A DNA stretch of 64,000 bases from Bacteroidota bacterium. GTDB taxonomy: Bacteria > Bacteroidota > Bacteroidia > Chitinophagales > JADIYW01. The DNA lies in contig CAUJCO010000013.1 of NCBI GenBank assembly GCA_963169645.1, forward strand, positions 469,923-533,922, in the 5' to 3' direction. Both the position numbers and the translations under genes were made by a program. Below, piece by piece: positions 11,317 through 21,061 of this stretch. The notes beneath the pieces were generated by a model. The model saw only the letters and a list, made by a program, of their open reading frames with translations, ran no database searches and was not told the DNA's origin. Each line of letters starts with the position of its first letter. Within the stretch, counting starts at the first letter, position 1.

Positions 11317-12549
11317 TTACAAATCGATTTCTATTTGAGTAGCCAATAAATCCTCTAAATTTTCACGTCTGCGTATCAAAGATGCTTTTCCATCGTGAAT
11401 TAGCACTTCTGCCGGACGATAACGCGAATTATAGTTTGATGACATTGAATAACCATAAGCACCGGCGTTGTGTAATGCTAAAATATCGCCTTCGTGTACT
11501 TCGTTTAATTTTCTGTCCCAACCAAAGGTATCTGTTTCGCAAATATAACCTACAACGGTATAAATACGTTCCACACCATTGGTATTGGAAACATTGGTAA
11601 TGTGGTGATATGCATCATACATCATTGGACGAATAAGGTGGTTTTGACCGGAATCAACACCGGCAAAAACAGTTGCTGTAGTTTGTTTAATTACATTTGT
11701 ACGCACGAATAAGAAACCACATTCACTCACTAAAAATTTTCCGGGCTCAAAAACTAACGTTAATTCTCTACCGTAACTTTTGCAAAATTCTTGAAAACGA
11801 TCACTAATTTTTTGTCCTAAATCTTCGATATTCGTTGTGTTATCGTTTTCGTGGTATTTTACTTTAAAACCACTTCCAAAATCTAAGTATTCTAAATCTT
11901 TAAAATTCTGAGCTGCTTCAAACAAGATATCGGCACCACGCAAGAATACGTCTGCATCTAAAATATCGGAACCGGTGTGCATGTGCAACCCAACTATCTT
12001 AAGATTAGTAGATTTCACTACGCGTTCTAAATGGCGAATTTGATAGATGGAAATACCAAATTTAGAATCAATATGTCCGGTAGAAATTTTTTGATTACCA
12101 CCCGCCATAATATGCGGATTGATTCGCACACAAACCGGATATTTATCTTTATATAAATTTCCAAATTGTTCTAAAATCGATAAGTTATCAATATTGATAT
12201 TGACACCAAACGACACGGCTTTATTAATTTCATCAATGTTCACGCAATTCGGAGTGTACATAATGTCTTTCGGTTCAAATCCTGCTTTTAAACCCAATTG
12301 TACTTCTTGTATAGATACCGTATCTAGGCTGCCACCCAATTTTTTGATAAATTTTAAAATAGAAATATTGTTTAATGCTTTACAAGCATAATGAATATCA
12401 ACTTTTGTGTTACCAAATGCATTTTTTAATCGATTGTATTGACGTTCGATAATTGCTGCATCATACACATACAACGGTGTTCCATATTCTTTGCACAACT
12501 CTAATACCGAAATTCCGCCGATTTCATATTTACCATTCACTAATTCCAT
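11317..12549 (-). CDS. lysA: diaminopimelate decarboxylase
   Basis: Fold-III PLP decarboxylase motifs: YACKA (PLP Lys), HMHTGS, EPGKFLV, GAYGYSMSSNYN. Confidence 0.9.
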   Translation of the reverse strand: MELVNGKYEIGGISVLELCKEYGTPLYVYDAAIIERQYNRLKNAFGNTKVDIHYACKALNNISILKFIKKLGGSLDTVSIQEVQLGLKAGFEPKDIMYTPNCVNIDEINKAVSFGVNINIDNLSILEQFGNLYKDKYPVCVRINPHIMAGGNQKISTGHIDSKFGISIYQIRHLERVVKSTNLKIVGLHMHTGSDILDADVFLRGADILFEAAQNFKDLEYLDFGSGFKVKYHENDNTTNIEDLGQKISDRFQEFCKSYGRELTLVFEPGKFLVSECGFLFVRTNVIKQTTATVFAGVDSGQNHLIRPMMYDAYHHITNVSNTNGVERIYTVVGYICETDTFGWDRKLNEVHEGDILALHNAGAYGYSMSSNYNSRYRPAEVLIHDGKASLIRRRENLEDLLATQIEIDL

Positions 12550-12758
12550 ATATAAAAAATTGATTGGACTACTAAGATACTTATTGATTTTAGAATTCAG
12601 ATTTTAGAATTCAGATTTATTATTTCGATAATAGTATGCATGACATGAGAGATGAGACGCAAGATATGCAATTTGATATATGAATTGATAATACTTACAT
12701 CTTGCTACTTAACTCTTATTAAGTTCGTATCATTTCTACCTCAACTCTTGAATTTGTA

Positions 12759-13508
12759 TCAATCCCAAGGAATTGCTAATTGGTAATTACCCAAGCTATC
12801 ACAGCCTGTTATTTCTCCAAGCATTTTATGCGATTCAAAAAAGCGATACATCGGCTCTAATGATTTCCAGAATGGTTGCCAATCGGGAAATTGTGCGTAC
12901 AACGTTGCTGCATTTTTTTCATTCATCTTGCAAGGAAAAATATGAATCGGAATCATGGAATTTACGGAATAAGCAGCTACACACATCCAATATAATTCGC
13001 TGATATTTTTATCACCTAATGGAATACATCCAACTGTTTTGTTACTACCGTGAATATAAATATCGCCTCCAATTTGGACTTCGTCTATATTTCTAATGCG
13101 GTCGGCAGTATTCGGATAATTTACTTTAAATGATAAATGATAGTTACTTATAGGATTAAAGGTTTTTAATTGATAAAATCCTTCCGGAATTTGCAAATCG
13201 CCTTCTCGCTGTTTAGGTCCCAATTTGCCGGAAATAGCAGTAAATGAATACGATTTTATAAAAGTATATTGCACTTGGTCACTCGCCCAAACTTCGACTA
13301 CTTGTTCTTTTTTGAATACTCTTAGATATAGATTTTTGGGTGGAAATGATAGTTCTTTATTTCGGAACATCGAACGTAAAGAGGTATCATAAAGTTGATA
13401 TGCTTGATGCACGCGTTGGAACTGTAATTGTTTTTCCAAAAAATTAGGTTGCATTATCTGAGTGAATACATTGAATGGAAAAAATAAGCATACGATAAGT
13501 GTCTTCAA
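12759..13508 (-). CDS. L,D-transpeptidase (YkuD) family protein
   Basis: Catalytic signature IYIHGSNKTVGCIPL (His...Gly-Cys). N-terminal signal sequence. Confidence 0.7.
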   Translation of the reverse strand: MKTLIVCLFFPFNVFTQIMQPNFLEKQLQFQRVHQAYQLYDTSLRSMFRNKELSFPPKNLYLRVFKKEQVVEVWASDQVQYTFIKSYSFTAISGKLGPKQREGDLQIPEGFYQLKTFNPISNYHLSFKVNYPNTADRIRNIDEVQIGGDIYIHGSNKTVGCIPLGDKNISELYWMCVAAYSVNSMIPIHIFPCKMNEKNAATLYAQFPDWQPFWKSLEPMYRFFESHKMLGEITGCDSLGNYQLAIPWD

Positions 13509-13990
13509 TCTTTATACCGCATTTGAGGCTCTATAACTTCTGTTTGGTGTCGGGTTTTATAGCGCTCTTCATTATTATACAAAATATTATCTTGGTTGGC
13601 ATTTTCTTCATCAAAAGATGTATTGCCATACGGATTATTATAATCTATAATCATTTCTCGTCCATCAACAGACATTTCTGTTGAATAGTTATTATTATCA
13701 AATTTTTCTTTTAAATATGGGTCATTAGATGCATCAATTAAAGGCCCGGTGCCATACATATTTGGATTTACACCTTCGCCACCTTCCAATGTTCCTTCTG
13801 TTGTGCCTGCTAAAGCTGCCTGTTGCAATTGTGCTGCCTGTGCACCCCAATCGCGTCCTAATGTATCATTACCAACCATAATAATTGCTTCCGAGTTGGA
13901 AGCAGTTGGCACACGCAACGAATCCATTATAAAATACCCAAAGACGAGTACTATACCAGCTATCGTAAATATTTTACCTTTTATCTGCAT
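13505..13990 (-). CDS. hypothetical membrane-anchored protein
   Basis: A single N-terminal TM helix (IFTIAGIVLVFGYFI) followed by an N/D/E/G-rich soluble part. Its stop overlaps the L,D-transpeptidase start by 4 nt. No family recognised. Confidence 0.45.
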   Translation of the reverse strand: MQIKGKIFTIAGIVLVFGYFIMDSLRVPTASNSEAIIMVGNDTLGRDWGAQAAQLQQAALAGTTEGTLEGGEGVNPNMYGTGPLIDASNDPYLKEKFDNNNYSTEMSVDGREMIIDYNNPYGNTSFDEENANQDNILYNNEERYKTRHQTEVIEPQMRYKD

Positions 13991-14026
13991 TCCTTTAATA
14001 AACGAAAAATAAGAGAATTTAGTTCA

Positions 14027-15568
14027 TTATTTAGAACTATTCATCCAGCGTTTTAATAAGGGCACTAATATTAATAATACTATTCCGCCACCAATAGAAA
14101 CATAAAATATTTTCATAAACACACCACTATAAACGGACAATGATTCTGTTGCAGAAACGGTGGTTGTACCACCTTCGGATGGAATAGCCATCAATGTACC
14201 TATAACACCTGCTAAATGCTGTCCTAATGCAGATGCTAAGAACCAAAAACCCATCATCATGCCGGTGAATTTTGGTGGTGAGAGTTTGGTAATCATGGAT
14301 AATCCAATTGGTGAAATACATAATTCTCCTGTGGTCAACATTAAGTAACCCAATGCATACCAAAAGAAGCTTACTCTTCCGTCTAATGCTAATTTGGCAC
14401 CTACGACAAACAATAAAAATCCAATCCCTAATTGGAAGAAAGACATAGAAAATTTCATTGGCGTAGAAGGTTCTTTATCTCGTTTAGAAAGTGCCAACCA
14501 TAGCCATGCAAATGGGAAACTCAATAAAATAATATAAAATGGATTAATGAAATTATTGATTGCTGCTGCCGGAAAACCGAATGTATTAACATTACGCTCT
14601 GTATATAAATTTAATGAGCCTCCACCTTGTTCATAAAATGCCCAAAACAACACAGAAAATGCCACTAATACGATAGCGGTTAGCATTTTATTTCTTGCCT
14701 CTACATCTTGTCGGAAGGCAATATACAACATCGCAAGCGTAGCAACAATACAAATTGGGAACATGATTTTTCCCATCAGTGTATAATTATTAAACAAGAA
14801 AATAAAAATTGGAATTATCACCAAAGAGCCAATAAATACGGCCATTTGACTTTGTTTACTAACTTCTACGCCATTTTCATCCTTTGCTGTCAATCCGATA
14901 TTACCTAAAGATTTTTGTCCAATTAAAAATGTAATCAAACCCACCACCATAAAAATTCCGGCTAATCCGAAACCGTAATGCCAATTAATTTTTTGACCTA
15001 CATAACCACAGATTAAACCACCAATTGCTGCACCTAAGTTAACACCCATATAAAATATGGAAAATGCACCATCTCTTCTGGAATCGCCGGGACGATACAA
15101 TTTACCAACCATCGTAGAGATATTGGGTTTAAAAAAACCATTACCGGAAATTAAAAATGCCATACCGGCAAAAAATGACCACTCTTCTGGAATGGCCAAT
15201 ATTAAATGGCCTAATGCCATCAACGCACCGCCTAAAATTATTGCTTTTCTATATCCTAAAATCTTATCGGCAGCAATGCCACCAAACAATGGCATAAGAT
15301 AAACCAATGCTGTATATGTTCCGTAAATTAAATTAGCTTTCGCATCGGCATAATGTAATTGATGCACCATAAACAATACCAGCAATGCACGCATTCCATA
15401 AAATGAAAAACGTTCCCACATTTCCGTAAAAAATAATAAAGCTAATTGTTTAGGATGCCCTTCAATAGCATCTGCGATATAGGTTTCTTTGTCCACTTTT
15501 AAAATATCATCATCTAATAATGCCGTTTCGTTAGCCATAAAATTTTGATTTTCAGTGTAAAGATACAT
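14027..15568 (-). CDS. proton-dependent oligopeptide transporter (POT/PTR2, DtpT-like)
   Basis: PTR2 signature FFTEMWERFSFYGMRALLVLF, with about 14 predicted TM segments. An alternative start at Met11 (15538) is possible. Confidence 0.9.
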   Translation of the reverse strand: MYLYTENQNFMANETALLDDDILKVDKETYIADAIEGHPKQLALLFFTEMWERFSFYGMRALLVLFMVHQLHYADAKANLIYGTYTALVYLMPLFGGIAADKILGYRKAIILGGALMALGHLILAIPEEWSFFAGMAFLISGNGFFKPNISTMVGKLYRPGDSRRDGAFSIFYMGVNLGAAIGGLICGYVGQKINWHYGFGLAGIFMVVGLITFLIGQKSLGNIGLTAKDENGVEVSKQSQMAVFIGSLVIIPIFIFLFNNYTLMGKIMFPICIVATLAMLYIAFRQDVEARNKMLTAIVLVAFSVLFWAFYEQGGGSLNLYTERNVNTFGFPAAAINNFINPFYIILLSFPFAWLWLALSKRDKEPSTPMKFSMSFFQLGIGFLLFVVGAKLALDGRVSFFWYALGYLMLTTGELCISPIGLSMITKLSPPKFTGMMMGFWFLASALGQHLAGVIGTLMAIPSEGGTTTVSATESLSVYSGVFMKIFYVSIGGGIVLLILVPLLKRWMNSSK

Positions 15569-15570
15569 AT

Positions 15571-16539
15571 TTATTCTTCACTAAAAAACTTAAATCGGAG
15601 AGCGGAAATACCACCAATAATGGCCGGAATGATTAGATTAATAAACCAAAGCGTAACCGTAGTAGCAATGATGGTGATAGGATTTTGTACAAATGGAATT
15701 AAGAAAAATGCTGCTACATTATTTCTAAAACCAAAATCAACTAATGCGATGTTAATCGGATTGATGGTTTGCACAAAAAAAATGGCTGCCACTACCATCA
15801 TGGCTGTCAAAAACGGTATTTGAATCCCAAAAAAAGAAAGTAATAAGACAAACTGAACACAATAAATGATATACCGTAAAATAGAATAAACTTCTAACTT
15901 AAGTAAATCTTTGGTTGAGTATAAATCGATAATATGTAAATATCTCGCTGCTTTATCCAAAAGCGGAAAATGAGAAAATTTGGTACTTACAACATCAATA
16001 TTATAATAACAAAAATGAACGGCAATAACCATCAAAATATAAATAAATATAAATGCAGCAGCAAAATACGTATCGGTTTTATCAATTAATAAAACATACA
16101 ACAATAACCCGAATGCTCCAATAGATAAATTAACCACAATTTGTGCCAAACTACCAATAATAGTTGACACTATCGCCTCTTTTCTTTCTGTATTTAATGC
16201 AAAAACCCGACCACCAAATTCACCAATCCGGCTGGGTGTAAACATCGAAAATGTAACGCCAAATAAAATTCCTTCAATCGCTTCTAACCACGAAATAGGA
16301 TGCAAGCGATCAATTAAATATTTCCATTTAATGGCCTCTATACTCCAATTAAGCAACATCAATAAAATAACAGTAAATAACAAATAAAAATTTCCGTGAA
16401 AATTGATCCAGAAATGCGTAATGGCAACATCCATTTTTTCGTTGGAAAATAATTGCTTGTATAACACCATCAACAAACCGCCAAAAATCACCAACTTTAT
16501 CAGGGCGTTTAAGAGTTTATTTTGGAATATTTTTTTCAT
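15571..16539 (-). CDS. polytopic membrane protein, lysylphosphatidylglycerol-synthase-TM / flippase-like domain family (tentative)
   Basis: About 8 TM helices. The size and the PSRIGEFGGR-type loop are reminiscent of UPF0104/LPG_synthase_TM proteins. This is recognition-level evidence only. Confidence 0.5.
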   Translation of the reverse strand: MKKIFQNKLLNALIKLVIFGGLLMVLYKQLFSNEKMDVAITHFWINFHGNFYLLFTVILLMLLNWSIEAIKWKYLIDRLHPISWLEAIEGILFGVTFSMFTPSRIGEFGGRVFALNTERKEAIVSTIIGSLAQIVVNLSIGAFGLLLYVLLIDKTDTYFAAAFIFIYILMVIAVHFCYYNIDVVSTKFSHFPLLDKAARYLHIIDLYSTKDLLKLEVYSILRYIIYCVQFVLLLSFFGIQIPFLTAMMVVAAIFFVQTINPINIALVDFGFRNNVAAFFLIPFVQNPITIIATTVTLWFINLIIPAIIGGISALRFKFFSEE

Positions 16540-16621
16540 GTGAATGCATAAAGATAATAGGTTTCAATAAAATTTCTGAAAGAGAGAAAGATACTGCACG
16601 CTAAATTGTAATTTTACACCA

Positions 16622-17182
16622 ATGGCAACAAAGAAGCAAATCATCCTTGGTATCGATCCCGGAACGCAGGTTACAGGTTACGGGCTAATTTTATCTGACG
16701 GCATATCCATGGAATTATTGGCAATTGGCTGCATACAAACAGAAAAATTTGACGACCATTACGACCGACTTCAATGTATTTTTGATAGAATATTGGAAAT
16801 AATTTTAGCCTACAAACCGACCATCTTAGCTATTGAAGCTCCATTTTTTGGAAAAAATGTGCAATCTATGTTGAAATTGGGAAGAGCACAAGGTATGGCA
16901 ATTGCAGCCGCTTTATCACAAAAAATTCCGATACAAGAATACTCTCCTAAAAAAGTGAAACAAAGTATTACCGGAAATGGAAATGCCGCCAAGGAACAAG
17001 TAGCCGCCATGTTAGGTCATATTTTAAAAACGGATGTGTTACCCAAACAATTAGATGCAACCGATGGTTTGGCGGTGGCGGTGTGCCATCACTTTTCGAT
17101 GCGAGGAATGCCAAAAGGTGGTAAAAAATATTCCGGATGGGAAGCTTTTGCCAAGGAAAATGCAAGCAGAATTGTTAAATAA
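16622..17182 (+). CDS. ruvC: crossover junction endodeoxyribonuclease RuvC
   Basis: ILGIDPGTQVTGYG catalytic Asp motif. Also EAPFFGKNVQS and DATDGLAVAVCH. Confidence 0.95.
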   Translation: MATKKQIILGIDPGTQVTGYGLILSDGISMELLAIGCIQTEKFDDHYDRLQCIFDRILEIILAYKPTILAIEAPFFGKNVQSMLKLGRAQGMAIAAALSQKIPIQEYSPKKVKQSITGNGNAAKEQVAAMLGHILKTDVLPKQLDATDGLAVAVCHHFSMRGMPKGGKKYSGWEAFAKENASRIVK

Positions 17183-17311
17183 TTACATTGACAGCGTGTG
17201 TAACCCTAACAGATTGTTCTATACACTACCTTAGTTTAGGTATTTTTTAAAGTTGACCGAAAATTAACAATTTTATTTAGATTGGTTCTAATTTGAGTCG
17301 TATTTTTGAGT

Positions 17312-17461
17312 ATGCTTAAGTTGCCAATTATACAAAATCAGATATCCGCCGAATTGAATTTGGTTCGTGCTTGCAAATGCGAGTGCGATGGCAAAAAGAA
17401 ATGTTGTAAAAAATACAAACACGGTAAACGGTGCAAATCTTGTCCTAAAAGAAAAGATTAA
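17312..17461 (+). CDS. candidate small ORF encoding a 49-aa Cys/Lys-rich peptide
   Basis: ATG at 17312 to TAA at 17459-17461. Translates to MLKLPIIQNQISAELNLVRACKCECDGKKKCCKKYKHGKRCKSCPKRKD, with 7 Cys and 11 Lys in the last 29 aa. It is below the track's size cutoff, and I have no homology evidence. Confidence 0.4.
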   Translation: MLKLPIIQNQISAELNLVRACKCECDGKKKCCKKYKHGKRCKSCPKRKD

Positions 17462-17596
17462 TTGTTTATCAGAATCACAGATTTATTGTATTAAAAGATT
17501 TCGTAGATTTTATATCTGTGTTATTTATTAAATCATAATATTCGCAGTTCAGACAAAAAACTTACGTCTTACGACTTTGGACTTAAGACTAATTTC

Positions 17597-17604
17597 TATC
17601 TTTG
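17597..17604 (+). promoter_or_regulatory. TAnnTTTG -7 promoter box immediately upstream of cysS
   Basis: TATCTTTG ends 4 nt before the cysS ATG at 17609. Confidence 0.4.
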
Positions 17605-17608
17605 CCAC

Positions 17609-19099
17609 ATGTCAACACTTCATATACAAAATACACTTACACGACAAAAAGAAAAATTTGAACCCATCAATCCACCTTATGTTGGATTGTATTGCTGTGG
17701 TCCAACTGTATATTCTGATGTTCACTTAGGAAATACACGCACATTTATCTCTTTTGATTTAGTATATCGATATCTCAAATTTTTAGGTTATAAAGTAAGA
17801 TATGTCCGCAACATCACCGATGCTGGACATCTTACCAATGAAGCTGGTGAAGGTAAAAACCGCATGGAAGACCAAGCTAAATTAGAGAAATTGGAGCCGA
17901 TGGAAATTGTACAAAAATACACAGTCGGGTTTCACGATGTATGTCGTATTTTTAATATTTCACCACCAACCATAGAACCAACAGCAACAGGTCATATTGT
18001 GGAACAAATTGAAATGGCTCAACAACTCATCCAAAATGGCGTTGCGTACGAATCCAATGGCAGTGTATATTTTGACGTGCGTGCCTATAACGAAAAAGGA
18101 TATAATTATGGCATTTTATCCGGAAGAAATATTGACGAACTGATTGCAGGCTATCGCGATTTAGATGGACAAGAGGAAAAAAGAAATGCCATCGACTTTG
18201 CCTTATGGAAAAAAGCATCTCCGGAACACATTATGCAGTGGAACTCGCCGTGGGGCAAAGGGTTTCCGGGTTGGCATTTAGAGTGCTCTGTGATGAGTAC
18301 TAAATACCTTGGCAAACAATTTGACATCCATGCCGGCGGAATGGACTTAAAATTCCCGCATCACGAATGCGAAATAGCACAAAACGTGGGTGCTTGCGGC
18401 GAACAACCGGTGCGCTATTGGATGCACACCAATATGCTTAATTTTAATGGACAAAAGATGAGTAAATCTCTCGGAAACTCCATTTTACCGATGCAATTTA
18501 TTACCGGTGATCATCCGTTATTAGACAAACCTTACTCTGCCATGACGGTGCGTTTCTTATTTATGCAATCGCATTATTCATCCGAGTTAGACATCACCAT
18601 AAAAGGGTTACAAGATGCCGAAAAAGGATTGCGAAAGTTGATGAACGCTGCAAAATACCTTAAAGAATTACAATTTGATTCCATTACAGTAGAAGAAAAA
18701 CAAGATAAATGGATACGAGATTTATGTGCCACCTGTAAAGAAGTAATGGATGATGATTTTAATGCACCCAAATTAGTAGCAACTTTGCACGAATTGGCTA
18801 CACAAATCAATATCTATTATAACAACAGCAAGAAAATAAACAATCTGTCTGATGTTACATACAATAGTTTATTGGCTACATACAATGGTTTTTTATTCGA
18901 TGTATTAGGATTGATGGAAGAAGAACAATCCGGAGACAACACCGCTTTAGATAAAGCCATGCAATTAATTATTGATATACGCAAACAAGCACGTGACAAT
19001 AAAGACTGGACGACTTCCGATAAAATTAGAGATGCATTGAAAGAAGCAAATATTAGCATAAAAGATGGAAAAGATGGAACTACGTATGAGATTAATTAG
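17609..19099 (+). CDS. cysS: cysteine--tRNA ligase
   Basis: Class I motifs HLGNTRT (HIGH) and KMSKSLGN (KMSKS), plus GGMDLKFPHHECE. Confidence 0.95.
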   Translation: MSTLHIQNTLTRQKEKFEPINPPYVGLYCCGPTVYSDVHLGNTRTFISFDLVYRYLKFLGYKVRYVRNITDAGHLTNEAGEGKNRMEDQAKLEKLEPMEIVQKYTVGFHDVCRIFNISPPTIEPTATGHIVEQIEMAQQLIQNGVAYESNGSVYFDVRAYNEKGYNYGILSGRNIDELIAGYRDLDGQEEKRNAIDFALWKKASPEHIMQWNSPWGKGFPGWHLECSVMSTKYLGKQFDIHAGGMDLKFPHHECEIAQNVGACGEQPVRYWMHTNMLNFNGQKMSKSLGNSILPMQFITGDHPLLDKPYSAMTVRFLFMQSHYSSELDITIKGLQDAEKGLRKLMNAAKYLKELQFDSITVEEKQDKWIRDLCATCKEVMDDDFNAPKLVATLHELATQINIYYNNSKKINNLSDVTYNSLLATYNGFLFDVLGLMEEEQSGDNTALDKAMQLIIDIRKQARDNKDWTTSDKIRDALKEANISIKDGKDGTTYEIN

Positions 19100-19118
19100 T
19101 CGATGGCCGATGGATACT

Positions 19119-20123
19119 ATGCAACGGTTTACAAAATATATGCTATGTACAAAATTCTCGATACTATTCTTTGTATGCATTGTAATAGCTACATCTTGCA
19201 AAACAACAAAAAAAGAAAACAACTCAACAGAAACAACATCGACTATTACTCGTCCAAGTTTCTCTTCAGATTCAACTTATCTTTTTATACAACAACAAGT
19301 AGAAATGGGACCACGTGTTCCGGGAACTGTCGCACAAACTAAATGTGCTCAATATTTTGAACAAAAATTAAAAAATTACGGTGCTACGGTACAATTACAA
19401 AAAACAACCGTAACTATTTATAATGGAAAAAATGTTCCTTGTATAAATGTAATCGCCTCGTATAATCCAGGAATAAAAAGAAGACTTTTATTATGCACCC
19501 ATTGGGATTCACGACCATTTGCAGACCAAGGCGATAGTGCCGTAGCAGCACCTATTTTAGCCGCAGATGACGGGGCAAGTGGTGCAGCCGTATTGTTAGA
19601 GGTTGCCCGACAACTACAACAAAAAAATCCGGAGATTGGAGTAGATTTGGTATTTTTCGATGTGGAAGATTACGGGCAACCGGAATATGATTTAGACCAG
19701 AAACAAGGTGATTTTTATTGTTTAGGTACACAGTATTGGTGTAAAAATCCGCATGTACCTAATTACAAAGCAGAAAATGGCATTTTATTAGATATGGTAG
19801 GTGCCAAAGGTGCTACTTTCACTTTTGAAGGCGTATCTATGCTGTATGCACCGCAATACATGAAGCAAGTTTGGCTATTTGCCGAACAATTAGGTTATGG
19901 TAATTTCTTTTTGCGAGAAAATACCGAGCAAATTATTGATGACCATTATTACGTAAATACCATAGCAAAAATTCCGACCATTGATATCATCAACCGAACC
20001 AGACGCACCGCATCCGGCTTTGGTGCACATTGGCACACGCATGATGATAATATGGGAATTATAGATAAATTGACATTACAAGCAGTAGGTGAAACAGTAT
20101 TGGCATCCATCTATCATTTTTAG
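19119..20123 (+). CDS. glutaminyl-peptide cyclotransferase-like M28 family lipoprotein
   Basis: HWDSRPFADQ, DDGASGAAVLLEVAR and FFDVEDYG (M28 metal ligands). Lipoprotein signal FFVCIVIATSC. The ORF opens at 19065 but would then overlap cysS, so Met19 (19119) or Met16 (19110) is preferred. Confidence 0.75.
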   Translation: MQRFTKYMLCTKFSILFFVCIVIATSCKTTKKENNSTETTSTITRPSFSSDSTYLFIQQQVEMGPRVPGTVAQTKCAQYFEQKLKNYGATVQLQKTTVTIYNGKNVPCINVIASYNPGIKRRLLLCTHWDSRPFADQGDSAVAAPILAADDGASGAAVLLEVARQLQQKNPEIGVDLVFFDVEDYGQPEYDLDQKQGDFYCLGTQYWCKNPHVPNYKAENGILLDMVGAKGATFTFEGVSMLYAPQYMKQVWLFAEQLGYGNFFLRENTEQIIDDHYYVNTIAKIPTIDIINRTRRTASGFGAHWHTHDDNMGIIDKLTLQAVGETVLASIYHF

Positions 20124-20188
20124 ATTTTAAAGAAAAAATAATACGAACAAATATTAGTTAGCCATTAGTAGATTTAAAACTAAAATTG

Positions 20189-20196
20189 TAGATTTG
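20189..20196 (+). promoter_or_regulatory. TAnnTTTG box upstream of the tRNA gene
   Basis: TAGATTTG lies 50 nt upstream of the tRNA 5' end. Confidence 0.35.
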
Positions 20197-20245
20197 CACT
20201 CCATTCTGAAATCCATTCAGATAAAAGAATGAGGATATCATTCGC

Positions 20246-20319
20246 GGTCCTGTAGCTCAGCTGGTTAGAGCACCTGACTCATAATCAGGGGGTCCATGGT
20301 TCGAGCCCATGCAGGACCA
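20246..20319 (+). tRNA. tRNA-Met (anticodon CAT), elongator-like; a lysidine-modified tRNA-Ile2 cannot be excluded
   Basis: A perfect 74-nt cloverleaf folded by hand. Acceptor GGTCCTG/CAGGACC+A. D arm GCTC-AGCTGGTTA-GAGC. Anticodon arm CCTGA-CTCATAA-TCAGG. T arm CATGG-TTCGAGC-CCATG. No encoded CCA. It lacks the 1:72 mismatch and the 3 GC pairs of initiator tRNA. Confidence 0.9.
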
Positions 20320-20323
20320 CTAA

Positions 20324-20349
20324 ACTCCACCAAACGTGGAGTTTTTTTT
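20324..20349 (+). terminator. Rho-independent terminator after the tRNA
   Basis: actccac-caaac-gtggagt followed by T7. Confidence 0.75.
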
Positions 20350-20368
20350 ATTTTTACATCAATAAGTT

Positions 20369-20995
20369 ATGTCTTCCATCCAAACTATAATTTTCGATTT
20401 CGGCGGTGTTTTGCTCAATTTAAAACAAGAAAATGATTGGCGAACCCAGGATTTTTTTCCGTTATTTCATCTTCAAAAATTAAAACAACTGAAAGAAAAA
20501 AACTTTTTCGAAGATTTTGAAAAAGGGAAATTTAGTGCGGAAGAATTTCTATCCAAATTAAAAACTATCTCCATAAATCCTGACATAAAACAAGAAACCA
20601 TCATCAATGCGTGGAATAGTATTTTGTTGGATATTCCACCTCATCGTGTTTCCATTATCCAACAACTCAAAACAAAATATAGGCTCATCTTATTGAGTAA
20701 TACCAATTGCATCCACACGCAAAAGTTTACGAATGATATGAAGGAAAAATTCGGAGATGATATCTTACATAAATACTTCAACACGGTTTATTATTCGCAA
20801 GAAATCGGCTGTAGGAAACCGGAAAAGGAAATCTATCATCTTGTAATGGAGCAACAACAAATAAAACCGGAAAATATTTTGTTCTTAGACGATAAACCCG
20901 AAAATTTAGAAATACCAAAAACCTTAGGCTGGCAAACGCAACAAGTAAACTTTAATAAACTGTCAATTGTTGATGTGCAACACCTATTAAATTAA
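20369..20995 (+). CDS. HAD superfamily hydrolase (subfamily IA-like)
   Basis: Motif I IIFDFGGVLL, motif II LLSNTN, motif IV FLDDKPEN. Confidence 0.7.
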   Translation: MSSIQTIIFDFGGVLLNLKQENDWRTQDFFPLFHLQKLKQLKEKNFFEDFEKGKFSAEEFLSKLKTISINPDIKQETIINAWNSILLDIPPHRVSIIQQLKTKYRLILLSNTNCIHTQKFTNDMKEKFGDDILHKYFNTVYYSQEIGCRKPEKEIYHLVMEQQQIKPENILFLDDKPENLEIPKTLGWQTQQVNFNKLSIVDVQHLLN

Positions 20996-21035
20996 AAAAT
21001 CCGACTACTTTTTTCTTACTCCGTACTACTATTGT

Positions 21036-21043
21036 TATCTTTG
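21036..21043 (+). promoter_or_regulatory. TAnnTTTG -7 promoter box upstream of lysS
   Basis: TATCTTTG lies 19 nt upstream of the ATG at 21062. Confidence 0.4.
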
Positions 21044-21061
21044 CACTTCAATTTTAGAATC

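Noticed and set aside
12550-12758. Possible lysine riboswitch or leader upstream of lysA, plus an imperfect tandem repeat GATTT(T)AGAATTCA x2 at 12587-12618
   Set aside because: The reverse-complement leader is extremely AT-rich. It lacks the conserved G-rich core and helices of the L-box that I remember (AGAGGCGC-type start). The repeat has only two imperfect copies, and I have no other evidence of function.
19065-19118. An N-terminal extension of the glutaminyl-cyclase-like gene overlapping the cysS 3' end
   Set aside because: The extension has no signal-peptide character. The lipoprotein signal begins after Met16/Met19, so a downstream start is more plausible.
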